64,000 bases of DNA from an uncultured Flavobacteriales bacterium (GCA_937139155.1 CAKZPI010000042.1:2087-66086), one strand, 5' to 3'; shown: positions 27,935 to 39,564, numbered from the stretch's first letter. Program-made: numbers and translations. The notes: a model not told the origin generated them from the sequence alone.

Positions 27935-29479
27935 TTACTTGGCGTAATTTACGGCTCTTGTTTCTCGAATTACAGTTACCTTAACTTGACCAGGATAGGT
28001 CATTTCGTTTTGAATTTTCTGGGAGATGTCAAAGGACAGGGCAGCTGCATTCTCGTCACCCACCTTTTCACTTTCTACAATCACCCTCAACTCACGACCA
28101 GCTTGAATGGCGTAAGACTTCATCACTCCAGGATAACCCAAAGCTAGGTCTTCCAGTTCTTTAATCCGCTTGAGGTATGAGTCTACAATTTCTCTACGGG
28201 CACCCGGACGAGCTCCTGAGATGGCGTCACAAACCTGAACTATTGGCGAAATAAGGCTGGTCATTTCAATCTCATCATGGTGGGCACCAATGGCATTAAG
28301 CACATCTGGTTTTTCACCATATTTTTCAGCCATTTGCATACCAAGGATGGCATGTGGGGTTTCCGGAGCCTCTTCTGCAACCTTACCGATGTCATGAAGA
28401 AGTCCGGCACGCTTTGCAACTTTCGGGTTGATTCCAAGTTCTGAGCCCATCGTAGCACAAAGCTTAGCCACTTCCCTACTATGTTGTAGAAGGTTTTGTC
28501 CGTAAGATGAGCGGTATTTCATTCTGCCTACCATTCGGGTTAATTCAGGGTGTAGACCATGAATTCCTAAATCAATGGTTGTTCTCTTCCCGATTTCAAT
28601 GATTTCCTCTTCAATTTGCTTCCGCGTTTTGGAAACCACCTCTTCAATTCTGGCTGGGTGAATTCTTCCGTCGGTCACAAGTTTATGAAGGGCAAGGCGA
28701 GCGATCTCTCTTCGGACGGGGTCAAAACAAGAAAGAATGATGGCCTCAGGAGTATCATCCACAATAATTTCTACCCCTGTAGCGGCTTCCAAAGCACGAA
28801 TGTTACGTCCCTCTCTACCAATGATTCGCCCTTTGATGTCGTCACTTTCAATATTGAATACAGACACAGCATTTTCAACGGCCTGCTCAGTTCCGATTCT
28901 TTGAATGCTTTGTATGATGATTTTTTTGGCTTCTTTCCCGGCGGTCATTTGAGCCTCATCCATTACCTCTTGAATATAGGCTTGGGCTTCCGTTTTGGCT
29001 TCGCCGCGCAGGGCCTCGTTTAGTTGAGCTTTGGCTTCTTCGGCAGTTAAACCAGAAATAACTTCCAGTTGTTCAACCTGTTTGCGATGGTTTTTCTCGA
29101 GCTCTTTTTGCTTCTTTTCAACAATTTCACTTTGGCGGCCAAGGTTTTCACGAAGCTTATTCAGCTCCTTTTCCTTGCGCTTAACTTCATCAAAACGTTG
29201 GTTAAGCTTAGACTCTTTGTCTTTTATTCTGTTTTCAGCTGATTCAATTTTGCTAGACTTAGACTGAATCATTTTTTCATGCTCAGACTTGAGTTCTAGA
29301 AACTTTTCTTTGGCTTGAAGGATTTTCTCCTTTTTGATACGCTCACCCTCTTTTTCGGCTTCTGAGAGAATTCCTTCTTTTTTGGCGGTCAAAGCCTTTT
29401 TGATCACAATCTGAGCAATAAGGTAACCTAGGATGATGCCCCCTAAGGCGGCAATTAATATGAGTATGGTTTGGTTCAT
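27935..29479 (-). CDS. rny: Ribonuclease Y
   Basis: An N-terminal TM helix and coiled coil are followed by a KH domain ([15 protein letters not shown]) and an HD domain (LLHDIGK). Length is 514 aa. Confidence 0.95.
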   Translation of the reverse strand: MNQTILILIAALGGIILGYLIAQIVIKKALTAKKEGILSEAEKEGERIKKEKILQAKEKFLELKSEHEKMIQSKSSKIESAENRIKDKESKLNQRFDEVKRKEKELNKLRENLGRQSEIVEKKQKELEKNHRKQVEQLEVISGLTAEEAKAQLNEALRGEAKTEAQAYIQEVMDEAQMTAGKEAKKIIIQSIQRIGTEQAVENAVSVFNIESDDIKGRIIGREGRNIRALEAATGVEIIVDDTPEAIILSCFDPVRREIARLALHKLVTDGRIHPARIEEVVSKTRKQIEEEIIEIGKRTTIDLGIHGLHPELTRMVGRMKYRSSYGQNLLQHSREVAKLCATMGSELGINPKVAKRAGLLHDIGKVAEEAPETPHAILGMQMAEKYGEKPDVLNAIGAHHDEIEMTSLISPIVQVCDAISGARPGARREIVDSYLKRIKELEDLALGYPGVMKSYAIQAGRELRVIVESEKVGDENAAALSFDISQKIQNEMTYPGQVKVTVIRETRAVNYAK

Positions 29480-29499
29480 TATTAAATTGTTTTGGTCAT

Positions 29500-29689
29500 A
29501 AAAAAACCCACATTGGTTCGTTTTGAATAAACCCCAAAAAATCAGGATCGAGATCTACCACAGCTGCTCAAACTTCCACTGACACCCTTGCGGGTCCACC
29601 AAAGGCGGATGAGGCTTGTTTTTACAGTTGCAAAGAAGACCTCTATGGTAAAAACTGTTGAGTTTAACAAAATCAGGAACCAATGCGGG
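29500..29689 (-). ncRNA. Candidate ~190-nt structured RNA (6S-like) between zapA and rny; it could instead be a structured rny leader
   Basis: On the minus strand a 13-bp closing helix forms: CCCGCATTGGTTC (29677-29689) pairs with GAACCAATGTGGG (29507-29519), with one G-U pair, followed by a T7 run (29500-29506). Internal hairpins include GACCC-GCAA-GGGTGTC (GNRA loop), CCGCC-TTT-GGTGG, and an 8-bp GTTTTTAC/GTAAAAAC helix. Confidence 0.4.
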
Positions 29690-29720
29690 AATGCATTTAT
29701 AGGTTTTATTTTAAAGAACG

Positions 29721-30002
29721 TTATCTACTTGAAACCAAGTCCTCCAATCGTCTTAGACGATCTTCAAGGGCTTCATCCACCACTAAATTTTTATGGTGAA
29801 TATTTTCAAGTTCTGTGGCAAACTGAAGGGCCGCCATGGCCAGAAGGTCTTGCTTGTCTCGAACCGCATAATTGGCTTCAAAATCCCGAAGCACCTTCTC
29901 AATCCGCCTTGCCGCTGCTCGGATACCTTCCTCTTCTTCACGAAGAATGGTCAAGGGATATACCCGGTTGGCAATGCTGATCTTTATCTTGAGTTCACTC
30001 AC
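29721..30002 (-). CDS. zapA: Cell division protein ZapA
   Basis: 93 aa. The N-terminal I-x-I-x-x-R-x-Y-x-L pattern (ISIANRVYPLTI) and C-terminal coiled coil are typical of ZapA. Confidence 0.7.
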   Translation of the reverse strand: MSELKIKISIANRVYPLTILREEEEGIRAAARRIEKVLRDFEANYAVRDKQDLLAMAALQFATELENIHHKNLVVDEALEDRLRRLEDLVSSR

Positions 30003-30017
30003 GTATTTCCAACAATA

Positions 30018-30308
30018 TCAGCCATTTAACATGGCTATGCATTTGTCAATTTCCCGCACTAATTCATTCATCCTCCTACGCGCCTCTACATCACTTCCGC
30101 TAGATTTGCCAATGGCCTTTGCCAGTCGTAATTTAGAGTACGCTTCCTCCAATTCCGAGTTGGTTTTCCGCAAATCAGAATTTTCTTTCCTCAATGCATC
30201 CAATTCCTCGTTTTTCACGTTTAATTCAGAACGGTATCTATCCAGTTCGGATTGAAGGCTTTTGACGCCCTCTTCAATTCGTAAAACCAAACCGTTAAGG
30301 TGATCCAT
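30018..30308 (-). CDS. Small coiled-coil protein upstream of zapA
   Basis: 96 aa and almost entirely heptad-like (LQSELDRYRSELNVKNEELDALRKENSDLRK). It is co-oriented with zapA and 15 nt upstream of it. Confidence 0.5.
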   Translation of the reverse strand: MDHLNGLVLRIEEGVKSLQSELDRYRSELNVKNEELDALRKENSDLRKTNSELEEAYSKLRLAKAIGKSSGSDVEARRRMNELVREIDKCIAMLNG

Positions 30309-30418
30309 ATTCCGATTTCAACGTACAACAAATGTAGGGTTTGTAGGCAGAACTTACAAGGCATGCCAAGGTTTTTCTTTGATTTTTTAAGGCCGTTGAA
30401 ACTCCTAAATTGCGACCC

Positions 30419-32086
30419 ATGAAATTGAAAAATATCCTTTTGATTGCTAGCTCCATTTTTCTGATGAAAGGGGCTTTTGCTCAAGACTTTACTCCCCCAC
30501 TTGACATTCCACTGGTGCTTTCTGGTACCTTCGGGGAATTGCGTTCCTCTCATTTTCACGCAGGAATTGACATTAAAACCCAAGGTCGTACCGGACTGGA
30601 AGTGAAATCAATTGCCGACGGATACGTTAGCCGGATAAAAGTCTCAACCCGGGGCTATGGAAAGGCTTTATATATAAGTCACCCAAGCGGACATACCTCG
30701 GTTTACGCTCATTTGAAATCCTTTTCTCCAGAAATTGAAGCCTATGTGAAGAAAATGCAATATGCCAGAGAGTCTTTCGAAATTGAGCTTTTCCCTGATT
30801 CGAAAAGGTTGCCGGTTAAACAGGGTGGTTTAATTGCCTTTTCAGGAAATACAGGAGGATCCTTCGGGCCTCATTTGCATTTCGAAATCCGAAATACCCA
30901 ATCGGAAGTTCCTGTAAATCCACTGGATTTTGGCTTCAAGGTTCAAGACACTAGTCCCCCGGTAATTTGGGCTTGGTATTTCTATGCATTGGATAATCGT
31001 GGACAGGTCATTGAGCAAATCGGGAAATTCGAACCTTCTGCCAAGGAGCAAATCATTCGCCTGAAATTACCAGCGGAAAACCTAGGGGTTGGAGCCGTTT
31101 GCTTTGATCGACAGGATGGCGCCAATAATTTGAATGGTAATTATGCCCTTGACCTATATGTAAACGGGAAAAGGCATTTCGGTTATGCCATGGACGCCAT
31201 TTCTTTTTCCGAAACCCGGTACCTGAATTCTTTCATTGATTATCCTGAAAAAAACTGTTGCAAAACCCGCGTTCAAAGGTTATACAAGCTTCCAAATAAC
31301 CCCCTTAATATCCTTGAAAATGAAGGGTCCGGACTGATTCCTATAGATTCCTTCACCAAATTAAACCTTGAATTGGTAGCTAGAGATAAGGCTGGAAATG
31401 CACATAAAACCAAACTCAACCTTCAAGTTATTCCCGCAAAAGCGGAAAGAAATGCTAAAGGAGTGCTTTTTAAATGGGATGAAATCAACAATTATGTGAC
31501 CGACTCACTAAAGGTTTATATGCCCGCAAAGGCCCTGTATCAAGATGAATACCTGAGCTTTTCAAAAACGGAAACTCAAGACCTTGGTCCCCTTTACCAT
31601 GTGCATGACCTTTCCGTTCCGGTTCATAAGCGGTACCGTTTAGTTCTAAGACCCTATGACACCCTTAAGTCTTATGCAGACAAAGCCTACATTGTTTCCC
31701 TTGATCGGGATGGGGATGATGTTTTTGAAGGGGGTGAATGGGAAGGTGATTTCATGTCCTTGGGCACCCGTAGCCTCGGAACCTATGCCTTTCGGGTAGA
31801 TAGCATCCCTCCTACTGTTTCTTTCCCTTACCTCAAAGAAGGGAGCAATTATTCTGGAACTCGGATTTCCATTTTAATGGATGATAAGGAATCAGGAATA
31901 GAAGAGTATCGGGTAGAAGTCAATGGTAAGTTCATTTTATTTGAGTACGAGCCTAAGAAAAACCTCCTCTTTTACGAAATTGATGAAAACCTCAAGGCAG
32001 GAAACAATACCTTGGTGGTTAAAGTAATGGATAAGCTGGGAAACACCACCCGCCTGAGCCGATCCTTTAATTATGTAAAGCCATGA
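30419..32086 (+). CDS. Peptidase M23 family protein
   Basis: It has a signal peptide and the LytM-type metal ligands HFHAGIDIK and GPHLHFEI. The ATG at 30419 was preferred over the TTG at 30410. Confidence 0.85.
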   Translation: MKLKNILLIASSIFLMKGAFAQDFTPPLDIPLVLSGTFGELRSSHFHAGIDIKTQGRTGLEVKSIADGYVSRIKVSTRGYGKALYISHPSGHTSVYAHLKSFSPEIEAYVKKMQYARESFEIELFPDSKRLPVKQGGLIAFSGNTGGSFGPHLHFEIRNTQSEVPVNPLDFGFKVQDTSPPVIWAWYFYALDNRGQVIEQIGKFEPSAKEQIIRLKLPAENLGVGAVCFDRQDGANNLNGNYALDLYVNGKRHFGYAMDAISFSETRYLNSFIDYPEKNCCKTRVQRLYKLPNNPLNILENEGSGLIPIDSFTKLNLELVARDKAGNAHKTKLNLQVIPAKAERNAKGVLFKWDEINNYVTDSLKVYMPAKALYQDEYLSFSKTETQDLGPLYHVHDLSVPVHKRYRLVLRPYDTLKSYADKAYIVSLDRDGDDVFEGGEWEGDFMSLGTRSLGTYAFRVDSIPPTVSFPYLKEGSNYSGTRISILMDDKESGIEEYRVEVNGKFILFEYEPKKNLLFYEIDENLKAGNNTLVVKVMDKLGNTTRLSRSFNYVKP

Positions 32087-32847
32087 ACACCTTAAAAATT
32101 AATCTGGTTGATCAAATAGCCCAGGTTGAATTAAATCGTCCGAAAGCAAACGCCATCAACCTTGAAATGGCAACTGACCTTCTGGAGGCTTTCAAGTCTT
32201 TTAAACTTGATGAAGAAGTGAAAGCCGTCTGGCTTCATGGTTCCTCTCCGTTTTTTTCAGCGGGATTGGATGTTCCGGAGCTTTATGGATACGATAAGGA
32301 TGAAATTCGAAACTTTTGGAGGAAGTTTCACGAGCTATTACTCAGCTTGAATTCATTTTCAAAACCCTTGCTAGCATCCATTACTGGGCACTCTCCGGCT
32401 GGAGGTTGTGTTCTTGCCCTCTGTGCTGACTACCGGATTATGGAGTCAGGGAGCTTTAAAATTGGCTTGAATGAGGTTCCGGTGGGCATCGTGGTGCCAG
32501 AGCCTATTTTTCACCTCTACGCCTGGACCCTTGGAAAAAGATTGGCTTATGCCTCTCTCATGACTGGTAAACTATACAATCCTAAAGAAGCTTTAGAAGC
32601 AGGATTGGTTGATCAGGTTGTGGAAGGAAAGGAAATGAAGGAAGCTTCACAGGAGGTTTTGAAATCAATGATGGCCTTGCCCCCCTCTACCTTTTCAAAA
32701 ACCAAATCCAACCTAAAAAATGACCTTTTAAGGAAATTAGATCAAGATTTTGAGGAGGCTTATTCCAGCTCTATGGAGGCGTGGTGGTCAGAAGAATCGC
32801 AAGAAATTTTAAAGAATTTGATCAAATCTCTTGGGAAAAAGCAATAA
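32083..32847 (+). CDS. Enoyl-CoA hydratase/isomerase (crotonase) family protein
   Basis: Crotonase fold: ELNRPKANAIN, an FSAGLD oxyanion region, and GHSPAGGCVLAL. Confidence 0.85.
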   Translation: MNTLKINLVDQIAQVELNRPKANAINLEMATDLLEAFKSFKLDEEVKAVWLHGSSPFFSAGLDVPELYGYDKDEIRNFWRKFHELLLSLNSFSKPLLASITGHSPAGGCVLALCADYRIMESGSFKIGLNEVPVGIVVPEPIFHLYAWTLGKRLAYASLMTGKLYNPKEALEAGLVDQVVEGKEMKEASQEVLKSMMALPPSTFSKTKSNLKNDLLRKLDQDFEEAYSSSMEAWWSEESQEILKNLIKSLGKKQ

Positions 32848-32880
32848 AGGATAGTTTGTCCTGTTACCTTTGCAAGATTC

Positions 32881-33531
32881 ATGAAGTACTTTTTTATCGC
32901 ATTCGGTTTTTTCGTGTTAAGCTTTTCGGCCATGGCCCAGGAGCAGGGTGAAGACGACCCTCTTTTGCAGTTATCGGGCGCAGTATTAACGGGCGATTCA
33001 TTACGCCCTGTACCCTATACCCATGTTGTAAATATTACTCAAGGAACCGGTACCATTTCAAATTTTCAAGGCTATTTCAGCATTGTGGTTGAAGCCAATG
33101 ACACCATTCTCTTTTCAAACATTGGTTACCGAAACTCTGTTTACATTCTTCCTGACTCTTTGCCGGACACCTATTATACCTTGATTCAAATGCTTGAGCC
33201 AGACACCATTTTCTTACCAGAAGTAGTGGTTTTACCCTGGAGAACCGTTGAGCAATTCAAGCAGGCTGTTATCAATGTTCAGCTTCCTGAAGACGACCTT
33301 CAGAGGGCCCGTAGAAATTTAGCCCTTTTGACCTTGAAAGAAATGGCCATGAACATAGAAGATGACCCTGGTTTATCCTCAGACCTTGCCATTCGAAACC
33401 AACAATCTTATTTATACAATGCCGGAATGTACACGGGTTCCGGACAGCAAGCCGTGGTTGGAGCCTTGAGCAACCCCTTTGCTTGGGCAAAGTTTATTCA
33501 AGCTTGGAAAAACGGAGAATTGGGGAAATGA
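32881..33531 (+). CDS. CarboxypepD_reg-like domain protein (secreted)
   Basis: It has a signal peptide and the LSGAVL...PVPYTHVVN...GTISNFQGYFSI pattern. Its ATGA stop/start overlap couples it to the downstream TonB-dependent receptor. Confidence 0.55.
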   Translation: MKYFFIAFGFFVLSFSAMAQEQGEDDPLLQLSGAVLTGDSLRPVPYTHVVNITQGTGTISNFQGYFSIVVEANDTILFSNIGYRNSVYILPDSLPDTYYTLIQMLEPDTIFLPEVVVLPWRTVEQFKQAVINVQLPEDDLQRARRNLALLTLKEMAMNIEDDPGLSSDLAIRNQQSYLYNAGMYTGSGQQAVVGALSNPFAWAKFIQAWKNGELGK

Positions 33532-35954
33532 GATTAAGCTTTTTACTCGCTTTCATGCTTTCCCTTTCGGGGATGATTCAAGCTCAAACCACCCAAGTTC
33601 GCGGAACGGTTTTAGACTCCGAAACAAAAACACCCATTTCCGACGCCAATATTACTTCTCAAGGATTCGGAGCCACTACAGACTCTACCGGTCAGTTTTC
33701 CATTGACCTACCGAGTGGAAATGTGAAATTAATTATAAGCCATATAGCTTATTTCCCAGATACTCTTAACCTAGTCCTTTCCGGCGAAAGGCAAGAGATT
33801 CAGGTGGAACTAGACTTTGCGGTCAACCTAATTGACGATGTAACGGTTACCGATGAGCGAGATCGTTTTCAAGGAATAACCGCCCTTGACCCCAAAATGA
33901 TTGGGCAAATTGCCATGGTGAATGATGGCGTTGAATCCTTGATCAAAACCCTTCCGGGGGTTAGTTCAAACAACGAGCTAAGTTCACAATACTCCGTTCG
34001 GGGTGGAAATTTTGATGAGAACTTGGTTTATGTGAACGGAATTCAAATTCGAAGACCTTTTTTGGTGCGTTCGGGCCAGCAAGAAGGCTTGAGTTTCATC
34101 AATGCCGATATGGTGGCCAATGTTCAATTTAGCGCCGGAGGATTTCAAGCACGGTACGGCGATAAAATGTCTTCAGTTCTTGATGTAACCTATAAACAGC
34201 CCCGCAAAAACCTAAGAACCCTTCGATTTTCTCTTCTTGGTCAATCTGCAACCGTTGAAGGAATCACCAAAGACTATCGGCTTTCCTACATCATGTCTTT
34301 CCGTCAAAGGTCGAATAGAAACCTCCTCTCTACCCTTGATACAGATGCGGATTACAATGCGAATTTCGCTGATTTTCAATCGTATATCACCTATTACATC
34401 AACGATGACTGGGACATTTCCTTTCTGGGTAATTTTGCCCGAAATCGGTACAATGTAATTCCTCAAACCCGGCAAACTGACTTCGGAACCATTTCAGCAG
34501 CCCTCAGATTAACCGTTTTCTTTGAAGGCCAAGAAGTGGACGCATTTGATGCTTATACAGGAGCTATTTCTTCAACCTACCGTCCGCATAAAGACCTTTC
34601 GCTTCAGTTCATTGGTAGCGCTTACGCGGGAAATGAAAAGGAAACCTTTGATATTCTTGGACAATACTTATTAGGAGACTTAGACAATAATTTAGGTTCT
34701 GAATCATTCGGAGAAGTGGTTTCAAACCGTGGTATAGGTGGTTTTTTAAATCATGCTCGAAACCGATTGAACTCTAGAAACTACACCTTTAGTCATAGAG
34801 GATTGTACACCAGCGACCAAGGCGATTGGAGGTGGGGAGCCTCGGTGGAAAGGGAGGAAATTGAAGATCAATTATGGGAATGGACCCTAATTGACTCTGC
34901 CTTCTACTCTACCCCACAATCATCCGCTGGAAACCCATTTGAACTTTACGAACTGATTCGTGGCAATGCATCTCTTGAATCTTACCGGTTTAAGGCCTAT
35001 GCAGAATGGGAAAACGAAGTAGAATGGTTGGAAAAAGAGTTTTTCCTTAACCTAGGACTTAGATCACACACCTGGTCGCTCAACTCACAAACGGTAATCT
35101 CCCCAAGAATTTCAATCGGACATAAACCCGATTGGGAGAAAGACGTGGTTTTTCGGTTTGCCACGGGTTTGTATTATCAAATGCCTATTTACCGCGAACT
35201 AAGAGCTCTGGACGGAAGCTTAAACAAAGACATAAGGGCTCAAAGAAGCTTGCATCTTGTTGGAGGAATGGACTATGAGTTCAAAGCTTGGAATAGGCCC
35301 TTTAAGTTCACCGGAGAAGCCTATTACAAAGACCTTGACAACCTGATTCCCTACGAAATTCAAAATGTCCGAATTCGGTACTATGCCGAAAACATGGCCA
35401 AGGGTTTCGCAACGGGCTTAGACTTTAAAGTAAATGGTGAATTTGTAAAAGGTATTGAATCTTGGGCTTCCCTTTCGGTAATGACCATTCAGGAGGATCT
35501 GGAAGGGGATCAGAAATTAGATCAAGACTCAAATATGGTGGCTGTGGGCTATATTCCCCGTCCAACCGATCAACGGGTGAACTTTTCAATTTTCTTCCAG
35601 GATTATCTACCCAACAATCCAAGTACTCAGGTTAACCTCACCCTTGTTTTCGGAACGGGCCTACCCTTTGGTCCGCCTCAAACCCAAAGGCATCAACAAA
35701 CCCTCCGCATGCCCCCCTATCGAAGGGTAGATATCGGGTTTATAAAAATACTTCGGTCTGAAGAAATTGAGTCAAAGTTTAAGCCTTTGAACCATTTTGA
35801 ATCGGCATTTTTGAGTTTGGAAGTATTCAATCTACTTCAAATTCGAAACACCATTTCATATTTATGGGTTCAGGATGTGAACGGCGCACAATTCGCCGTT
35901 CCCAATTTCCTGACCTCTAGATTGGTTAACCTAAAATTAGCCTTGAAGTTTTAG
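33528..35954 (+). CDS. TonB-dependent outer membrane receptor with an N-terminal CarboxypepD_reg domain
   Basis: A signal peptide ([19 protein letters not shown]) is followed by a regulatory-like domain, a plug region ([29 protein letters not shown]), a long beta-barrel and a terminal F. Confidence 0.8.
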   Translation: MRLSFLLAFMLSLSGMIQAQTTQVRGTVLDSETKTPISDANITSQGFGATTDSTGQFSIDLPSGNVKLIISHIAYFPDTLNLVLSGERQEIQVELDFAVNLIDDVTVTDERDRFQGITALDPKMIGQIAMVNDGVESLIKTLPGVSSNNELSSQYSVRGGNFDENLVYVNGIQIRRPFLVRSGQQEGLSFINADMVANVQFSAGGFQARYGDKMSSVLDVTYKQPRKNLRTLRFSLLGQSATVEGITKDYRLSYIMSFRQRSNRNLLSTLDTDADYNANFADFQSYITYYINDDWDISFLGNFARNRYNVIPQTRQTDFGTISAALRLTVFFEGQEVDAFDAYTGAISSTYRPHKDLSLQFIGSAYAGNEKETFDILGQYLLGDLDNNLGSESFGEVVSNRGIGGFLNHARNRLNSRNYTFSHRGLYTSDQGDWRWGASVEREEIEDQLWEWTLIDSAFYSTPQSSAGNPFELYELIRGNASLESYRFKAYAEWENEVEWLEKEFFLNLGLRSHTWSLNSQTVISPRISIGHKPDWEKDVVFRFATGLYYQMPIYRELRALDGSLNKDIRAQRSLHLVGGMDYEFKAWNRPFKFTGEAYYKDLDNLIPYEIQNVRIRYYAENMAKGFATGLDFKVNGEFVKGIESWASLSVMTIQEDLEGDQKLDQDSNMVAVGYIPRPTDQRVNFSIFFQDYLPNNPSTQVNLTLVFGTGLPFGPPQTQRHQQTLRMPPYRRVDIGFIKILRSEEIESKFKPLNHFESAFLSLEVFNLLQIRNTISYLWVQDVNGAQFAVPNFLTSRLVNLKLALKF

Positions 35955-37183
35955 GCTACAGGTTCGTATTCCCTCAATGCCATTTTAATGATTTCACAAG
36001 CGTCTAAGAGCTGTTCTTTGGTGATCACCAATGGAGGAGCAAAACGGATAATGTTGCCATGGGTTGGCTTGGCTAATAAACCATTCTCGGCCAATTTCAT
36101 GCAAATGTCCCAAGCAGTGCTGCTATCCTCTGAATCGTTAATAACCACAGCATTTAATAGCCCTTTACCTCGTACCAACTTAGCAATGTTTGACTGTTTG
36201 ATGTACCGTCCAATTTCCTTTCTAAAAATATCGCCTAGGTCTTTCGCCCTTTCGGCTAAGTTTTCGTCTTGGATTACTTGAATGGCCTCCATAGCTACTG
36301 CACAGGCCAGTGGATTTCCTCCAAAGGTTGAGCCGTGTTGTCCAGGCTGAATTACATTCATGATTTCATCGTCAGCCATTACCGCAGAAACGGGGTAAAC
36401 ACCACCCGACAAAGCCTTTCCTAAAATAATCATATCCGGACGAACTCCTTCGTGATCGCAGCAAAGCATTTCCCCAGTTCTGGCAATTCCGGTTTGAACT
36501 TCATCGGCAATGAAAAGAACTCCTTTTTGCTTACAAAGCTGTGAAGCCTCCTTGAGGTACCCTTCATCTGGAACAAAAACTCCTGCCTCCCCTTGTATAG
36601 GTTCAACTAGGAATCCTGCAACATTAGGGTCTTGAAGCGCCTTTTCAAGGGCATTGATGTCATTGTAAGGAATCACTTCGAATCCTGGGGTATAAGGACC
36701 AAACTCGTCTTTTGCGTCAGGGTCAACCGAAAAAGAAATAATGGTGGTGGTTCTTCCATGGAAATTACCATTGGCCACAATGATTTTGGCATCCCCTTCC
36801 CGGATTCCTTTTTTATTATACGCCCATTTACGAGCAATTTTAATGGCGGTTTCAACAGCCTCCGCCCCTGAATTCATTGGCAAAACCTTATCGTAACCAA
36901 AGACCTTGTGCATGAACTCTTCGTACTTTCCGAGCTTGGAATTATAGAAGGCCCTTGAAGTAAGGGTCAATTGGTCTGCTTGCTCTTTTAAGGCATTGAT
37001 TATTCTGGGGTGGGAATGCCCTTGGTTTACGGCTGAATAGGCTGAAAGGAAATCGTAGTATTTTTTCCCTTCAAGATCCCAAACAAAAACCCCCTTTCCG
37101 CGATCTAAAACCACGGGAAGTGGATGGTAATTATGGGCTCCGTATTTGTCTTCTAAGTGTATGGCTTGTTTAGAACTCAACAT
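35951..37183 (-). CDS. rocD: Ornithine aminotransferase
   Basis: Class III aminotransferase with the N-terminus [13 protein letters not shown] typical of OAT. It also has DEVQTG and the PLP-lysine context ILGKALSGG. The start is placed at MLSSKQ (37183). Confidence 0.85.
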   Translation of the reverse strand: MLSSKQAIHLEDKYGAHNYHPLPVVLDRGKGVFVWDLEGKKYYDFLSAYSAVNQGHSHPRIINALKEQADQLTLTSRAFYNSKLGKYEEFMHKVFGYDKVLPMNSGAEAVETAIKIARKWAYNKKGIREGDAKIIVANGNFHGRTTTIISFSVDPDAKDEFGPYTPGFEVIPYNDINALEKALQDPNVAGFLVEPIQGEAGVFVPDEGYLKEASQLCKQKGVLFIADEVQTGIARTGEMLCCDHEGVRPDMIILGKALSGGVYPVSAVMADDEIMNVIQPGQHGSTFGGNPLACAVAMEAIQVIQDENLAERAKDLGDIFRKEIGRYIKQSNIAKLVRGKGLLNAVVINDSEDSSTAWDICMKLAENGLLAKPTHGNIIRFAPPLVITKEQLLDACEIIKMALREYEPVA

Positions 37184-37263
37184 ATCTCTGTATTTTCGAG
37201 CGAAATTAGAATTTTTAACCCTGAATTCCGTTGATTTTCGTCGGTTTTTCACCTTAAAGAATT

Positions 37264-39564
37264 ATGAAGTTACCAAAGCTTACCAAGAAACAATGGTTGA
37301 TTCGTCTTGCCCTAGTTGTTCTAACTGGGATTATGGGGTTTCTTGCCCTCGTTCTACTCGTTTATTTTGAGGCTTTTGGAGAGGTGCCTGACGTTGCAGA
37401 CTTAAAAGAAATAAAACAAGCGGAGGCTACCGAGGTATATACCAAGGATGGGAAACTTATCGGAAAATACTTCATTGAAAACAGAGACATTGCCAATGCT
37501 GAGGACATTCCACAACATTTAGTTGACGCCCTGATTGCCACGGAAGATGTTCGGTTTATGAACCATAATGGAATTGATTACCGAGCCTTGGGTCGGGTTA
37601 TTTTTAAAACCATCCTCCTTGGTGATGAAGGCTCAGGAGGGGGGTCTACCATTAGTCAGCAATTGATAAAAAACTTGTTCCCAAGGCAGTATAGAGGCTT
37701 CCTATCGGTTCCTGTAGCTAAAATTAAGGAAAGCATTGCGGCCACAAGACTTGAGGAAACCTATACAAAACGAGAAATAATTTGGTTGTATTTAAATACG
37801 GTGCCTTTCGGCGAAGACGTGTATGGTATTGAAACTGCGGCGGAAAGATACTTTTCAAAACCCATTCAAGATTTAAACCTTCAAGAGTCAGCAACCTTGG
37901 TGGGCATGCTGAAAGGGCCAAATGGTTACCATCCCATTAGGTATCCAGAAAAATCAAAACAACGAAGAAATACTGTTTTGGCACAAATGGTGCGGTATGA
38001 ATTCTTGTCTGATACTTTGGCAGACTCGGTGCAAACCCTTCCCCTTGAGGTGAAATACCAAAAGGTTGATCGGTTTACAGGGATGGCACCTTATTTAAGA
38101 GAAAGGGCAAGACTGTGGTTGGGGAAATGGTGCGATGAACATTTTAAAGAGAACGGTCAGAAATACAATCCTTATACGGACGGACTTAAGCTGTACTTGA
38201 GCATAGATTCCAGAGCTCAGGCTGCCTTAGAGGCCTCGGTGAATGCTCACATCCCCAAATTACAAGAACGATTTGAAAAGGAATGGGGAAACCGGGGTCC
38301 ATGGCTCAGGGAAAGTTTTGTTGAGAAGGAAATTCAAAAAGGCAGACGGTACCAAGTAATGTCGAATAAAGGACTTAGTCATGCGGAAATCCTGGAAGCC
38401 TTGAAAGAGCCAGTTTCTATGACCCTAATGTTGGAAGGAAATTATGTTGACACCCTCCTTTCCCCTTTAGATTCTTTGGCCTGGAGATGGAGACAAATCC
38501 ACCCGGCATCCATTTCCTTGAATCCACATACCGGAGCAGTTTTGGCCTGGGTTGGAGGAAAAGATTTTTCCGCATATCCTTACGACCACGTTCTGGCAGA
38601 GAGGCAGGTGGGATCATTATTTAAACCATTTGTTTATCTAAACGCCCTTGAGCAAGATGCCCAACCATGCGATTTTTATGAAATCGAGGAGCAGGTTTAT
38701 GAAGACTATGATGGATGGACTCCTTCCAATTCTGGAGGACCCGATACTGGGTATTATTCATTGGCTGGAGCCTTGGCCAATTCCTCCAACACAGTAACCG
38801 CAAAAATTGCCGTTGAATTTGGACTTCCTTCCTTGGTAAACTTGGCAAAGTCTCGAGGATTTTCTGGAAGTCTTCCTTTGAATCCTAGTATCTCATTGGG
38901 TTCTGCATCAGCCTCACCCCTGCAAATGGCCGTAGTTTATAGCAGTTTTGTGAACGAGGGTAAAATTGTAAGTCCGTGGTACATTGACAGGCTTGAGTCG
39001 GTGGATGGTAAGCTGCTTCATCAGGAAAAGCCTGAGATAAAACCTGTACCAAATTATGATACAACGGCCCAGTCCATCCTAAATCAAATGCTAAAAGGGG
39101 TTGTGGATTCAGGAACCGCCAGGTCATTGCGCGGAACCTTTGGTTACTCCCTGCCCATTGGAGGGAAAACAGGAACCACCCAAAACAATGCTGATGCCTG
39201 GTTTGCGGCGCTACAAGAAAACTTGGTAACCATTACTTGGGTTGGAGCGAGTTCACCGCTTATTCACTTTAGGTATACGCAAACGGGTCAAGGGGCCAGC
39301 GCGGCTTTACCCATTGCAGGAAGGTATTTGCAAGGCCTTTCTAGGTCAAAGGAATACAGGGCCCAATTTTCTCAAGAAATCAGTCCTCTATCCCCTACTA
39401 TTGAATGTCCACATTACCTATCAGAAGCTCCTAAGCGAGAATTATTCAAGTCTTGGTTTTCTTGGTTTTACGGAAAAGAAGACACGCTTAGAGACAGCCT
39501 TTCTGAGGATACAGGAGGCCGGTTTCTGGAAAAGGTTAAGGGTTGGTTTAGGAAAGAAGATTAA
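37264..39564 (+). CDS. mrcA: Class A penicillin-binding protein (PBP1A-type transglycosylase/transpeptidase)
   Basis: Glycosyltransferase-51 motifs (ATEDVRFMNHNGID, GGSTISQQL) are joined to transpeptidase motifs SLFKP (SxxK), SSN and KTGT. Confidence 0.9.
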   Translation: MKLPKLTKKQWLIRLALVVLTGIMGFLALVLLVYFEAFGEVPDVADLKEIKQAEATEVYTKDGKLIGKYFIENRDIANAEDIPQHLVDALIATEDVRFMNHNGIDYRALGRVIFKTILLGDEGSGGGSTISQQLIKNLFPRQYRGFLSVPVAKIKESIAATRLEETYTKREIIWLYLNTVPFGEDVYGIETAAERYFSKPIQDLNLQESATLVGMLKGPNGYHPIRYPEKSKQRRNTVLAQMVRYEFLSDTLADSVQTLPLEVKYQKVDRFTGMAPYLRERARLWLGKWCDEHFKENGQKYNPYTDGLKLYLSIDSRAQAALEASVNAHIPKLQERFEKEWGNRGPWLRESFVEKEIQKGRRYQVMSNKGLSHAEILEALKEPVSMTLMLEGNYVDTLLSPLDSLAWRWRQIHPASISLNPHTGAVLAWVGGKDFSAYPYDHVLAERQVGSLFKPFVYLNALEQDAQPCDFYEIEEQVYEDYDGWTPSNSGGPDTGYYSLAGALANSSNTVTAKIAVEFGLPSLVNLAKSRGFSGSLPLNPSISLGSASASPLQMAVVYSSFVNEGKIVSPWYIDRLESVDGKLLHQEKPEIKPVPNYDTTAQSILNQMLKGVVDSGTARSLRGTFGYSLPIGGKTGTTQNNADAWFAALQENLVTITWVGASSPLIHFRYTQTGQGASAALPIAGRYLQGLSRSKEYRAQFSQEISPLSPTIECPHYLSEAPKRELFKSWFSWFYGKEDTLRDSLSEDTGGRFLEKVKGWFRKED

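Noticed and set aside
29588-30255. Plus-strand ORFs 29588-29980, 29793-30029 and 29872-30255, and minus-strand ORF 30221-30583
   Set aside because: They overlap or run antisense to zapA, the coiled-coil gene or the M23 peptidase start. Their composition is low-complexity (Ser/Leu/Pro-rich), and the genes on the other strand have recognisable families and tight operon spacing.
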